Assembly (NCBI GenBank): GCA_963724295.1
Contig: CAVRUC010000009.1
Span: 96,001-160,000, forward strand
Origin: an uncultured Chloroflexia bacterium
GTDB lineage: Bacteria > Chloroflexota > Chloroflexia > Thermomicrobiales > UBA6265
Length of the DNA: 64,000 nt
Direction of reading: 5' to 3'
Under the pieces are notes generated by a model that had not been told where the DNA came from, did not search any database, and saw only the letters and a list, made by a program, of their open reading frames with translations. A program made the translations under genes and the position numbers. Positions 48,692-58,727 of the stretch are shown here, piece by piece (position 1 is the first letter of the stretch; the number at the start of each line of letters is the position of its first letter).

Positions 48692-49861
48692 TTACGCCTT
48701 GAGCACGACCTTTTCGCAGTTGTCGCGCTTGTTCTTGAAGATGTCATAACCGTGGGAGGCCTGCTCCAGCGGCAGTGTGTGGGTAATGATGAATGTCGGG
48801 TCGATATCTCCGTTCTGGATGTGCTCCAGTAGCGGCTGCATGTAGCGCTGGACATGACACTGCCCGGACTTGATCGTCAGCGAGCGGTTCATCACCGCCC
48901 CCATCGGAAAGCGATCGATGTAGCCGCCATAGACGCCGATCACGGAGACGGTGCCACCGTTGCGGCAGGCCCTGATGGCTTCCCGCAGTGCCAGCGGCCG
49001 GTCCGTCTCCATGCGCGCCGCGTGCATGGCCCGGTCGAAGGCGAACATCGGACCGTGGCCGTGAGCCTCCATCCCGACCGCATCGATGCAGGCGTCCGGA
49101 CCCCGGCCGCCGGTCATCTCCTTCAGGGCGTCGATGACGTCAACCTCTTCATAGTTGAGCGTCTCCGCTCCGGCCTTGTCCCGCGCCATCTGCAACCGAT
49201 AGGGGAAGCGGTCGATGGCAATCACCCGCTCGGCGCCGAGCAGGAAGGCGCTGGCAATGGCGAACTGACCGACCGGTCCGCACCCCCAGACGGCGATGGT
49301 GTCGCCGGGCTGGATGTCGCACATCTCCGCGCCCATGTAGCCGGTCGGGAGGATGTCGGAGAGGAAGAGGACCTGCTCATCGCTCATGCCCTCGGGCACC
49401 TTGAGTGGTCCCACATCGGCAAAGGGCACCCGGGCGTACTCCGCTTGGCCGCCAGCGTATCCCCCGGTGAGATGCGAGTAACCGAAGACACCCGCCCCCG
49501 CGTGCCCCCACAGCTTCTCGGCCATCCAGGCGTTGGGGTTGGAGTTCTCACAGACTGAGTACATCCCCTTCTGGCAGGCGAAGCAGACGCCGCAGGCGAT
49601 GGGGAAGGGCACCACCACCCGATCGCCGACTTTCAGCTTGCTGACACTCGGTCCGACCTCGACGACCTCCCCCATGAACTCGTGGCCCAGGATGTCGCCC
49701 GGCATCATGGCCGGCACGTATGCCTGCAGCAGGTGCAAATCCGACCCGCAGATCGCCGTCGAGGTGATCTTGACGATCGCATCCTGGGAGTTGAGAATCC
49801 GCGGGTCCGGCACTTCCTCGACCTGGACATTGTTCGGGCTTTTCCAGACGGTGGCTTGCAT
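48692..49861 (-). CDS. Zinc-dependent alcohol dehydrogenase (YbdR/formaldehyde dehydrogenase-like)
   Basis: [22 protein letters not shown].......[15 protein letters not shown] and GCGPVG. Confidence 0.93.
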   Translation of the reverse strand: MQATVWKSPNNVQVEEVPDPRILNSQDAIVKITSTAICGSDLHLLQAYVPAMMPGDILGHEFMGEVVEVGPSVSKLKVGDRVVVPFPIACGVCFACQKGMYSVCENSNPNAWMAEKLWGHAGAGVFGYSHLTGGYAGGQAEYARVPFADVGPLKVPEGMSDEQVLFLSDILPTGYMGAEMCDIQPGDTIAVWGCGPVGQFAIASAFLLGAERVIAIDRFPYRLQMARDKAGAETLNYEEVDVIDALKEMTGGRGPDACIDAVGMEAHGHGPMFAFDRAMHAARMETDRPLALREAIRACRNGGTVSVIGVYGGYIDRFPMGAVMNRSLTIKSGQCHVQRYMQPLLEHIQNGDIDPTFIITHTLPLEQASHGYDIFKNKRDNCEKVVLKA

Positions 49862-49952
49862 CAGGTTCTCCTGGTGTGCTCATTTTCTCGATGTCCTGGC
49901 AGGATGCCAGGACGACCGGCTGCAAGATTTGTCACATCTGCGTCGCCGAGAC

Positions 49953-51005
49953 TCAGGCGGTGCTCACTGAGGTACTGACTCCGGACGGGATCTCGCGTGG
50001 CGGCTGCGCCGGGTTAGGACCCGGGATGATGCTGTCGTCGGAGTGAACGATCTCACCCAGCTCGACCAACTGCTTGAAACGCCGGAGGTCATTGCCGATC
50101 TTGGTGCCCAGGGCTTCGGCAAAGATGCTGGCGATCTTCTTGCCGACCTCCCCGCCCGGTGGACTGAAGCGGGCATCGAAGATCACTTGCGTGCCGCGAT
50201 TCCCGGGAGCCGTACGGAAGCGCACTACGCCCTGCGCGGTGACGCTCGCCCCGTCCGCGGTTCGCCAGACGATCTGCTCGTTGGGGCGGCTATCGGTAAT
50301 CTGGACATCCCACTCCAGGTTGAGGCCGGCAGGGGCGGGGAGGCGCCAGTGTGACTGCCGGTCCCCGGTGATCTGGACAGTGGCGGCATCACTCATGAAG
50401 CGGGGCAGACTCTGGAAGCCGTCCCAGTAACCAAAGACTTCGTTGAGGGGGGCCTGCACCGTGACGGCGGCGGTGGCATGGACGTCGCGGTCTTGCATGG
50501 CTTCATACGGCGCACTCGGTTCTGCCGTCATCCTGGTGCTGGCCAGCAGATCAGCGGCGGTAATGCCCAGGACGGCCATCGTCGCGGTGGCGACACGATT
50601 TCGATCAGACCGCGGGGAGTCCATGGCCGACTTGAGCAACGCGAGGTCCATGGCGTCGCCACCGACCCGGCTCCAAAGCCACGGCGTCGGCTTAGTCTGG
50701 GCGAGAATGCCAAACCCGCTGGCAATCTCGCGCGCGCCAACCAGGCGCATGACCTTCTGGTCGTCCTCATCCCCGGGGAGGCCGATTAGCTGCGCTACGC
50801 GGGCCGGAGCCGCAATCTGGGCGAGCCCGAGTCCCAGGCTGAACCAGCCAAGGGCCTTGGCCATCTGCGCAATGTCTCCCGCGCCCGACCCGGGCGAGGC
50901 ACCGTTGGTTCCCGATCCCCCGTTCTCTGACCACTCCCTGTAACCGAAATCTGCTCGAACGGTGGTGCCCCAGCTGGAGTCTTGCCGGTTCGGTGCCGCG
51001 GCCAT
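49953..51005 (-). CDS. SRPBCC (polyketide cyclase-like) protein with an N-terminal membrane domain
   Basis: LGWFSLGLGLAQ, WSRVGGDAMD, LPRFM, SHW, I.WRT, G.VRF..APG.RGT and DLRRFKQL.E.GE. Confidence 0.87.
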   Translation of the reverse strand: MAAAPNRQDSSWGTTVRADFGYREWSENGGSGTNGASPGSGAGDIAQMAKALGWFSLGLGLAQIAAPARVAQLIGLPGDEDDQKVMRLVGAREIASGFGILAQTKPTPWLWSRVGGDAMDLALLKSAMDSPRSDRNRVATATMAVLGITAADLLASTRMTAEPSAPYEAMQDRDVHATAAVTVQAPLNEVFGYWDGFQSLPRFMSDAATVQITGDRQSHWRLPAPAGLNLEWDVQITDSRPNEQIVWRTADGASVTAQGVVRFRTAPGNRGTQVIFDARFSPPGGEVGKKIASIFAEALGTKIGNDLRRFKQLVELGEIVHSDDSIIPGPNPAQPPREIPSGVSTSVSTA

Positions 51006-51150
51006 GACGCTCCTTCTTCCGTGTCTATCGCGGCCATTAGGGACACCAGCCATCTCTGAGTCCGCGGCCGCGTATTCGTCTCGTCAGAAGTGCGCAGGTT
51101 GCGTGCCAGAAATGCTCGTCCGACCTGGTGCGAGCGGCATTTCCTTCACA

Positions 51151-51194
51151 TGGATGAGGAGTCCTCATCACAAAGGAGGAGAACTCCTCATCCA
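51151..51194. promoter_or_regulatory. 12-bp perfect inverted repeat upstream of the SRPBCC operon
   Basis: TGGATGAGGAGT-N20-ACTCCTCATCCA. Confidence 0.5.
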
Positions 51195-51308
51195 CTCGGC
51201 TCGCGCAGTTACGTCGTAACGGTGATGCTCACAATTGTGAGAACGGGCAGCGGCGCAAGAGGAGACTCGCGCTAAGCCCCAAAAAGCCGGTAATTGGCCA
51301 TGCGGGTT

Positions 51309-51750
51309 AGAGCGTGTTCTGGACTTGGTAGGCTTGGCGGATGGAACGAGCAACACCCTCCCGCAAGTCCTATGCGACCGACGGGAGTGGTGAGGAATAG
51401 GCCCTTATCGCCCCCCATTTTGCCCTCGTTCGAGAAGATACCCTAGCACCATCACCACTAGGCGAGGTCTTCAACGCCCTGCGCTGAATCGTGCGTGCTG
51501 GAGCCCCGTGGCGGCTGTCGTCGACAAAGCTCCCCGGTAGAAGGCGGTCTAACAGCAAGCCACGTGGGCTGGATGCCGGCGTCTTCGAGAGGATGGCGTA
51601 CGGTCTGCGCGCCAAGCGGAGGGGCGCATGCCGCAGCCGCGGACTGTCATCTTCGATAGCCGCACCGTCCTGTCCGCGCCGGAGAGCGGAGCAGGAGATG
51701 GGAACGACGGCCACAAGAGGTGCCACGGGCGCAAGATACATTTAATCCGA
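51309..51750 (+). mobile_element. Degenerate IS5-family transposase remnant
   Basis: RKSYATDGSGEE*ALIAPH, EVFNALR*IVRAGAPWR, LDAGVFE, VIFDSRT...ESG..GNDGHKR..GRKIH with stops and frameshifts. TAGAGCGTGTT near 51309 resembles an IS left end. Confidence 0.8.
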
Positions 51751-52013
51751 GAAGGTGGCCCGTACTCGTCCTGAGCATGATGCTGCACGCCCAGCAGCTT
51801 GCTCCGCCGCGTCTGCTGAGTCCATTGCTACGACGAGAGCGTTGTCGCTGGACCGAGCGCGCCCGCCATGCCGGTCGCCGAGTTCATGTGCCATACGGCA
51901 TGAAACCTGCGAGGAATGCCCTCTCTCGTAGGTCCCGCTGCGACCATCCCGGCTGGCAGTCAAATGATCGGGGAGAGCCGCCCGATGTCCCGCACTTCGG
52001 ACAGATCGATCGC

Positions 52014-52715
52014 ATGACGATTCGACTCCTGATTGCCGACGATCACCATCTCGTCCGTCAGGGGTTGCGTGCGCTTATCGTCGTGCATCCGGAATTCGAG
52101 GTCGTTGGAGAGGCTGGTACGGGCTGCGAGGCCGTCCGTCTCGCGAGGAGATTGCGGCCAGACGTCGTGCTGATGGACCTGATCATGCCCGAGCTGGACG
52201 GGATCGCAGCGACCGCTCTCATTCGCGACGAAATGCCCGAGGTTCAGGTGCTCGTTTTGACCGGCATCGATGAGCCGCGGGGCATCGTCGAGGCGGTGCG
52301 AGCCGGAGCGATCGGCTATCTGCTCAAGGATGTGGACGCTAACGAGCTTTATCTCGCCATGAAAGCCGCCGCCCAGGGGCATGTGCAGCTGTCGCCTGAC
52401 GCGGCGACGAGGCTCATGCGCGAGGTGCACGCTTCGGAGCGGCTGGAGGCACTGACTGCGCGCGAGACCGAAGTCTTACATCTGCTGGCGCACGGGTTGG
52501 CTAACAAGGAGATCGCTCGAGATCTCGGGATCGGCGAAACCACAGTCAAAAGCCACATGAGGCACATCTTGTCTAAGTTGGGGGTCGATAGCCGCACTCA
52601 AGCAGCACTCGAGGCGTCACGTCGTGGGCTGTTCCGGGTAGGGAGCCTTGAGACTGCTACCGCGCCCGGCTCGACGGCTGAACCCCTGATCGATAGTGCC
52701 AGTAGGCTCAGGTAG
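52014..52715 (+). CDS. NarL/FixJ family response regulator (REC + LuxR HTH)
   Basis: IRLLIADDH, DVVLMDL.MP..DG, GYLLK and LTARETEVL...GLANKEIA..L...TTVKSH. Confidence 0.94.
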   Translation: MTIRLLIADDHHLVRQGLRALIVVHPEFEVVGEAGTGCEAVRLARRLRPDVVLMDLIMPELDGIAATALIRDEMPEVQVLVLTGIDEPRGIVEAVRAGAIGYLLKDVDANELYLAMKAAAQGHVQLSPDAATRLMREVHASERLEALTARETEVLHLLAHGLANKEIARDLGIGETTVKSHMRHILSKLGVDSRTQAALEASRRGLFRVGSLETATAPGSTAEPLIDSASRLR

Positions 52716-52810
52716 GGAGCGATCCATGTGCTGTCATGTTTCGGTGATGACGCCGCCCTTGGGACTTTCAGTGCCCTGAACCCGAGCGCGATGAATTGCC
52801 CGATCGATGC

Positions 52811-52838
52811 TTGACACCCCCCGCGGAGTCGCTACTGT
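52811..52838 (+). promoter_or_regulatory. Sigma70-type promoter for the sensor kinase
   Basis: TTGACA 52811-52816, 16-nt spacer, TACTGT 52833-52838. Confidence 0.5.
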
Positions 52839-52889
52839 AGGGGAGTACGAACCGCCATAGCGGTCCACGTGCCCGCCGGAGGCTCCCGC

Positions 52890-55124
52890 ATGGCTGTTCC
52901 GCTCACCACGAAAGCTGCCGCCGCGCGCTACCGCGCACTATTTCAGTCGGCGGCTGACCCGATTCTTGTGGTCGACGAGAACGGGCACTACCGCGACGCC
53001 AACCCGGCCGCCCTCTCCCTCCTCGGCTACACCCTTGAGGAATTGCTGCAGTTACATATCAGTGACGTCTCCGCGCAGGACCCAGGGGTTCTCCAGTCCC
53101 GGTACGCCGACCTGCAACGAGACCGCGGGTGGCGAGGGGAGTCGGTGTTGCGGCGAAAAGACGGCTCGGTCTTCACGGTCGAGGTCCGGGCCTCCCAGGC
53201 GGTGCTCCCGGAGGGCACGCTCTACTTCGCCGCCCTCCGCGACGTCACCGCGCGTAAGCGCATGGAAGCGCAGCTCCGCGAGAGCGAAGCACGCCTAGGT
53301 GCGCTCCTGGAGCAAGTCCCCGTCGGCATCGGCCTGATCGACTCCAATGGCCGGTGGGTGCTGGCCAACGCGCTGACAGGTCGGTTTGTGGAGCACGTCA
53401 TTCCCTCGCGCAACCCGAGCCAGATGGCGCGCTGGCGAACATGGGATGCGGACGGACGCCTCATCGAGCCGTCCCAGTGGCCGGGAGCCAGGGCACTGAG
53501 CGGAGAGCACGTCCCGGGTATGGACTTCCTCTTCACCGCCGAGAGCGGGGAGGAGCTCTGGACGCGGGTCAGTGCCGCACCATTCCACAACGAGGCGAGT
53601 GAGTTGGTGGGTGCCATCTATGTCATTCAGGACATCGATGCGCGCAAACGGGCGGGGATCGCGCTACGGGAAAGTGAAGAGCGCTACCGGACTCTCGTCC
53701 ATGCCACGGCGACCTCGGTCTGGCGTATGAGCGGGGATGGCGAGTTGCTACTCGACGCGCAAGGCGGTCTGGTCCAACCCTACGACCTAGCACGCGGACC
53801 CACTGCGGGGTGGCTCACCATGTACACCCACCCTGAGGATCAAATGGCCACACTCGCGGCGTGGCGGCACGCCCTGGCGACCCGCAGCCTCTACGACCAC
53901 GAGCAACGAGTGCGGTCCCAGGACGGAAGCTACCGCTGGGTGCATGGCCGCGCTGCGCCCGTCCTCGATGAGCTGGGTGAGGTGCGGGAGTGGATCGGCA
54001 CCTCCACTGACATCACGGAACGCAAGCGGCTGGAGCAGTTGCGGCAAGACGTTCTGGCGATCGTCAGCCACGACCTGCGCAACCCTCTGGCGGTCGTCAG
54101 CATGCGGGCGCAGCTGATGCAGAGCCGGCAGGCCTACGACGAAGCCGGCATCGAGATGATTCGGGAGCAGACGCGCCTGATCGCACAGCTGGTCGATGAA
54201 CTGGGCAACGCCGTCCGGTTGGAAGGTGGACAACTGGAGCTGCAGACGGAAGCGCTCGATCTGCGCACAGTGGCACAAGAGTCGGCGGAGCGGGCACAGG
54301 TCCAGACCGATCGCCATCAGATCCGCGTCGAGATGCCTGAGACACCGGTGATCGGCGTCTGGGATCGGGTGCGCCTCGGGGAGATCATCGACAACCTTGT
54401 GGGCAATGCCATCAAGTACTCCCCGAAGGGCGGGGAGGTTCTCGTGCAGGTGGCGGCAGTTGGTGAAGAAGCGCGGCTGCGCGTGGTCGATCAGGGTACT
54501 GGCATTGCCGAAGAGGCGCTGCCGCGGATCTTCGAGCGGTTCCACCGCGCCGATACAATGGGAACTCCAGGGCTGGGCCTGGGCCTCTACATCGCCCGCA
54601 TGCTGGCGGAGGCGCATGGCGGTCGCATCCAGGTGGCGTCGGCACCCGGCGAAGGGAGCACCTTCACGGTCTGGCTCCCTCTCGGTAGTGGCTCCGAACT
54701 CACCAGCGCTCCGGTAGCGACAGCCCCTGTGCCCAGGGGAACGACCGAGTCGTCAATTCGCGTCCTGATCGCGGACGATCACGCCATGGTTCGTGAAGGG
54801 CTCCGCCTGCTGCTCACCCACGATCCGGCGATCGAAGTTGTGGGTGAAACCGCCACCGGTCGCGAGGCAGTGCGCCTCGCGCACGTCCTGCAGCCGGATG
54901 TGGTGCTCATGGATTTGCTCATGCCGGAGATGGATGGTCTCACCGCCACCATGGCCATCCGTGCGGAATTGCCCGAGACCCAGGTCCTCATCGTCTCTGG
55001 CATTCCGGGTGAGCCCCGCGGCGCCGAGGCGCTGCGCGCCGGAGCGATCGGTTACCTGCGTAAGGATGTGGATGCGGAGGAGCTGCGTCGCGCGGTGCGA
55101 GCCGCGCCTGCAGGCCGGGGGTAA
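52890..55124 (+). CDS. Cytoplasmic hybrid histidine kinase: 3 PAS + HisKA + HATPase + receiver
   Basis: PAS/PAC motifs (RDVTARKR, QDIDARKR, TDITERKR), SHDLRNPL, NAIKY, DQGTG, GLGLGL and C-terminal IRVLIADDH...DVVLMD. Confidence 0.92.
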   Translation: MAVPLTTKAAAARYRALFQSAADPILVVDENGHYRDANPAALSLLGYTLEELLQLHISDVSAQDPGVLQSRYADLQRDRGWRGESVLRRKDGSVFTVEVRASQAVLPEGTLYFAALRDVTARKRMEAQLRESEARLGALLEQVPVGIGLIDSNGRWVLANALTGRFVEHVIPSRNPSQMARWRTWDADGRLIEPSQWPGARALSGEHVPGMDFLFTAESGEELWTRVSAAPFHNEASELVGAIYVIQDIDARKRAGIALRESEERYRTLVHATATSVWRMSGDGELLLDAQGGLVQPYDLARGPTAGWLTMYTHPEDQMATLAAWRHALATRSLYDHEQRVRSQDGSYRWVHGRAAPVLDELGEVREWIGTSTDITERKRLEQLRQDVLAIVSHDLRNPLAVVSMRAQLMQSRQAYDEAGIEMIREQTRLIAQLVDELGNAVRLEGGQLELQTEALDLRTVAQESAERAQVQTDRHQIRVEMPETPVIGVWDRVRLGEIIDNLVGNAIKYSPKGGEVLVQVAAVGEEARLRVVDQGTGIAEEALPRIFERFHRADTMGTPGLGLGLYIARMLAEAHGGRIQVASAPGEGSTFTVWLPLGSGSELTSAPVATAPVPRGTTESSIRVLIADDHAMVREGLRLLLTHDPAIEVVGETATGREAVRLAHVLQPDVVLMDLLMPEMDGLTATMAIRAELPETQVLIVSGIPGEPRGAEALRAGAIGYLRKDVDAEELRRAVRAAPAGRG

Positions 55125-55291
55125 CAAGCGGCCTGAACGGCAGCGCTCAGTCCCCGCGGTGGACCACCTTGGCGTCCACATCGCACACGAATTCAGGGTA
55201 ATGCCCGACGCTGCCTAAGCAAAATAGCATTTCGCAGTCGTGAGTAAAGTTTCCAGAACCTCGTCCTGGTTCTGCATCTCCGTTGGACGGA

Positions 55292-55650
55292 TCACAACCT
55301 AGTGGTGCGTCGAGGCTGAAGCACTGGGTAGAGGCGCTTGAGCTTTGTGCGGGCGTCGGCAGTGGTGAAGCGCCAATTGAGGGCGGTCGTGCTGATGTTG
55401 CGGCGCGCCGCCCAGTCTGACGCCGCAGCCGCCAGAGCCGTGCGGCCGTCGAACCGCTGCCAGTGGATCTCCAGCCGGTCCGCCAAGCGTTTGGCCTCCG
55501 CCGGTGGGAACACGGCGTAGAACGAGGCGGGGGAATCGGTGTTCAGTTCGTCCAACACGAGGACGATCCGCTCGGCGTCGGGAAACTGCACATCGGCCAG
55601 GTGCCGAACGACGTGGGCGAAGTCGCGGAGTGCTCGTTGCTTGCTGGCCC
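55292..55650 (-). mobile_element. IS630-family transposase C-terminal remnant
   Basis: DFAHVVRHLADVQFPDAERIVLVLDELNT...FPPAEAKRLADRLEIH and W.FTTADARTKLKRLYP. The TPKHGSWLN..E segment is deleted; CACTAG end near 55299. Confidence 0.85.
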
Positions 55651-55653
55651 TCG

Positions 55654-58554
55654 TCAGGGACGGTCTGAGAGCGCAACCTGCACAGCGGCGTCGAGCGACA
55701 GCGCGCGTCCGGAGTCCCAGGCCCCGGTGAACGCCTCTTCACCCAACGCGGCGCGGATCGCGCCGAGGTCGGCGTTGAGATTGGTGGCCTCGTGAAACTC
55801 TTCCGGGGAATCGGGTTCCTCGCCGGCGTTCAAAGCGGAGGCGGCGCCAAGGAGTTTCGCCGCACTCTCGAACTGCCCCACACGCGCCATCACGCCACCA
55901 AGTCCAAGGAAAACCTGGGCGACTCCCCGGTGATCGCCGGCAGCCGCGAACTCGCCAAGCCCATCCCGGTAGCGATCGATTGCCAGGGGAAGATCGCCGC
56001 TGTCCCGCAGGGCGTTGGCCAGATTGAGCGCGGCGACCGGCGCGGAGCGGCGGTCGCCAACCGCCTGGAAGAGCAACCGGCTCTCTTCGAGCAGCGCAAC
56101 CGCACGGGGAGCATCTCCCTGGAGGTGAGTTGCCACTGCCATATTGACCTGCGCACCTGCGGCGCCCCACCGATCTCCGGCATCGCGATAGAGGCCGAGG
56201 CTCTCCGCGAAGAGTTGACAGGCGCGGTCAAAGTCATCTCGGGCGAAGGCGACGCCGGCCAGATTGTTCAACGTACGCGCGATCTCAGAGCCGCTCCCCG
56301 CCTGCCGGCGCAAAGCGAGACTTTCTTGATAGAGCGGTTCCGCGCGGTCGAGATCGCCGCGTTCGTAGGCCACGATGCCGAGGTCGTTGAGCGCGGTGGC
56401 GACCAGCAGCTGATCGTCAACCTCTCGCGCCAGTGCCAGGCTCTCCTCGAGAAGCGCCGTCGCCTGATCGGCGTCGCCGCGATCGAAGGCAACCACCCCG
56501 AGATTGCCGAGGGCGCGGGCGATTCCGGTCTTGTCGCCGCGATCGCGCGAGAGGGTCAACGACTCCTGGTGGAGCGCTTCCGCGCGGTCGTAGTCGCCCT
56601 GGGCCTCCGCCAGGACTCCGGCGCCGTCGAGCGCCGAGGCACGCGCTGCTGATGCCTCCGACCCGGCGACGGACAGCGCCGTTTCGAGCTGCTCGCGTCC
56701 CTCGGCGACATGGCCGCGAAGCCACCAGAACCGCCACAACGACGACGCGAGTGTCAGCGCTCGATCGCCATCCCCCTGGCTGCGCAGCCAGTCCAGCGCT
56801 CCTCGTACGTTGTCGTGATCGCTTTCGAGACGGTCCAACCAGGAGACGGCAGAGGGTCCGGGTAGTTGCGGTTCTGCTGTCCTCGCCAACCCCAGGAACC
56901 ACGAGGCATGAGCCTCCTTGGTCCGGGCAAGCTCTTCGCTGGCGACCAATTGCTCGGCGGCGAACTCCCGGATCGTCTGGAGCATGGCGAAGCGAGGCTC
57001 GGCCCCCGCATCGGATTCGACCGGCTCCTGGAGACGAATCAGACTCGTATCGTGGAGTGCGTCGAGGCCATCGAAGACGGGGAGCGGCGGATCGCCCCCC
57101 AGGCCCGTCACCGTCTCTGCCGCATCGAGCGTCCAGCCGCCAGCGAACACCGCCAGGCGCCGGAAGAAGGTTTGCTGCGCTGGATCGAGGAGATCATGAC
57201 TCCAGGCGATGGCCCCTCGCAGCGTCTGCTGTCGCTCCGGAAGGTCCCGGCTGCCTCCGGTGAGGAGCGTCAGCCGGCTGTCGAGTCGCCCCAGGATTGC
57301 TTTCGGCGGCAGGAGTCGCACGCGTGACGCCGCCAGCTCGATGGCGAGCGGGAGGCCATCGAGGCGCCGGCTGATAGCGACAATCGTTTCCGCGTTGTCT
57401 TCCGTCAGCTCGAAGTGGTGCTGCACGGCGCGAGCGCGATCGACGAAGAGGCGGACCGCCTCCGAGGCCAGCGCGTCATCGAGGCGCAGCGGGCGGTCAG
57501 TGGATGGGAGCGCCAGGGGCGGAACGGGAAGCTCGAATTCGCCGGAGATGTGGAGCGGTGCCCGGCTGGTGACCAGAACCTGGATGTCAGGACAATGGGA
57601 GAGGAGGTCGGCGATGAGTGGCGCCCCGTCGGCGACGTGCTCGAAGTTATCGAGCACCAGGAGCAGTCGTCTCGGTCGCAGAAAGGCCCGCAGAGACGAC
57701 TCAATCGGCTCGGCGGTGGATTCACGAACGCCGAGCGCGCCGGCGATGGTGGAGGCAACCATCGTTGCGGAGGCGACCGGCGCCAGCGGGACGAACCAGA
57801 CGCCATCGGCGTACTCGCCAACCAGGTCGGAGGCCACTCGCAGCGCCACGCGGGTCTTGCCGGTGCCACCGGGTCCGGTGAGCGTCAGCAGGCGCACGGC
57901 TGGCTGTTCCAGCCGGCCGCGGATCTCCGCCGCCAACTCTTCGCGACCGATGAACGGCGTTAGCTGAGGAGGCAGATTGTGCGTTTGCCGATCCAGACTC
58001 TTGAGCGGCGGAAAGTCGGTGGGTAAACCAGGAGCGGTGAGCTGAAAAACGTGCTCGACTTCGCTCAGGTCGCGCAATCGATGCTCGCCAAGATCGATGA
58101 ACTGGATGGGCTCCTTCACGGATGAGAGGTCGCGCACCAGTTGCCGAGTTGCCTCGGACAGCAGAATCTGGCCGCCTGCGCCAGCGGCTACCAGCCGGGC
58201 GAGACGATTGAGCGCCGGAGCAAGGTAGTCACCATCGCGCGGTGTCGCGGCGCCCGTGTGCAGGGCCATGCGGACTCGGACCGGACCGATGGCGCCCCAA
58301 TCTTCAGCGATCAGGGCGCGCTGGGCGGCAATCGCGGCCAGCACCGCGTCCAGCGCCGAGGGAAAGGCGGCGTAGACGGCGTCGCCTACGGTCTTGAAGC
58401 GGACCCCATTGTGGGTGTGAATCGCGTCGTCGAGAAGGTCGAAGTGGCGCTCAATGGCGGCGCGCGTCACGACTGAGTTCTGCTCCCAGCGCCGGGTGCT
58501 CCCCTCGACGTCGGTGAACAGGAAGGTGACAGTGCCGCTAGGGAAGTCGCGCAT
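55654..58554 (-). CDS. Class III adenylate/guanylate cyclase + STAND (NB-ARC-like) ATPase + TPR repeats
   Basis: FLFTDVEGST, KTVGDA, RMALHTG, DY...LNRLARL; Walker A GPGGTGKT, Walker B LLVLDNFE, LDGLPLAIELAA; several A.AL.NLG TPR repeats. Confidence 0.92.
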   Translation of the reverse strand: MRDFPSGTVTFLFTDVEGSTRRWEQNSVVTRAAIERHFDLLDDAIHTHNGVRFKTVGDAVYAAFPSALDAVLAAIAAQRALIAEDWGAIGPVRVRMALHTGAATPRDGDYLAPALNRLARLVAAGAGGQILLSEATRQLVRDLSSVKEPIQFIDLGEHRLRDLSEVEHVFQLTAPGLPTDFPPLKSLDRQTHNLPPQLTPFIGREELAAEIRGRLEQPAVRLLTLTGPGGTGKTRVALRVASDLVGEYADGVWFVPLAPVASATMVASTIAGALGVRESTAEPIESSLRAFLRPRRLLLVLDNFEHVADGAPLIADLLSHCPDIQVLVTSRAPLHISGEFELPVPPLALPSTDRPLRLDDALASEAVRLFVDRARAVQHHFELTEDNAETIVAISRRLDGLPLAIELAASRVRLLPPKAILGRLDSRLTLLTGGSRDLPERQQTLRGAIAWSHDLLDPAQQTFFRRLAVFAGGWTLDAAETVTGLGGDPPLPVFDGLDALHDTSLIRLQEPVESDAGAEPRFAMLQTIREFAAEQLVASEELARTKEAHASWFLGLARTAEPQLPGPSAVSWLDRLESDHDNVRGALDWLRSQGDGDRALTLASSLWRFWWLRGHVAEGREQLETALSVAGSEASAARASALDGAGVLAEAQGDYDRAEALHQESLTLSRDRGDKTGIARALGNLGVVAFDRGDADQATALLEESLALAREVDDQLLVATALNDLGIVAYERGDLDRAEPLYQESLALRRQAGSGSEIARTLNNLAGVAFARDDFDRACQLFAESLGLYRDAGDRWGAAGAQVNMAVATHLQGDAPRAVALLEESRLLFQAVGDRRSAPVAALNLANALRDSGDLPLAIDRYRDGLGEFAAAGDHRGVAQVFLGLGGVMARVGQFESAAKLLGAASALNAGEEPDSPEEFHEATNLNADLGAIRAALGEEAFTGAWDSGRALSLDAAVQVALSDRP

Positions 58555-58727
58555 CGAGACCGATATGGTTCCCTGGAACCGTTCCGCGGTGACTCACTGG
58601 GGATCCTCCTCGCGATGCTAGCACGCGGCGCAGGTCGCGTGAGCCGGCCGCGATGACTTGCGGTACCGTACGGACCCGGCGAGGTGAGGCTGGTCTATAA
58701 CCGCGAACACGATCGAAGGAGGCGCTG

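Noticed and set aside
51720..52013. 98-aa N-terminal extension of the response regulator in the ORF track
   Set aside because: It overlaps the IS5 relic and is not protein-like; the receiver starts at ATG 52014.
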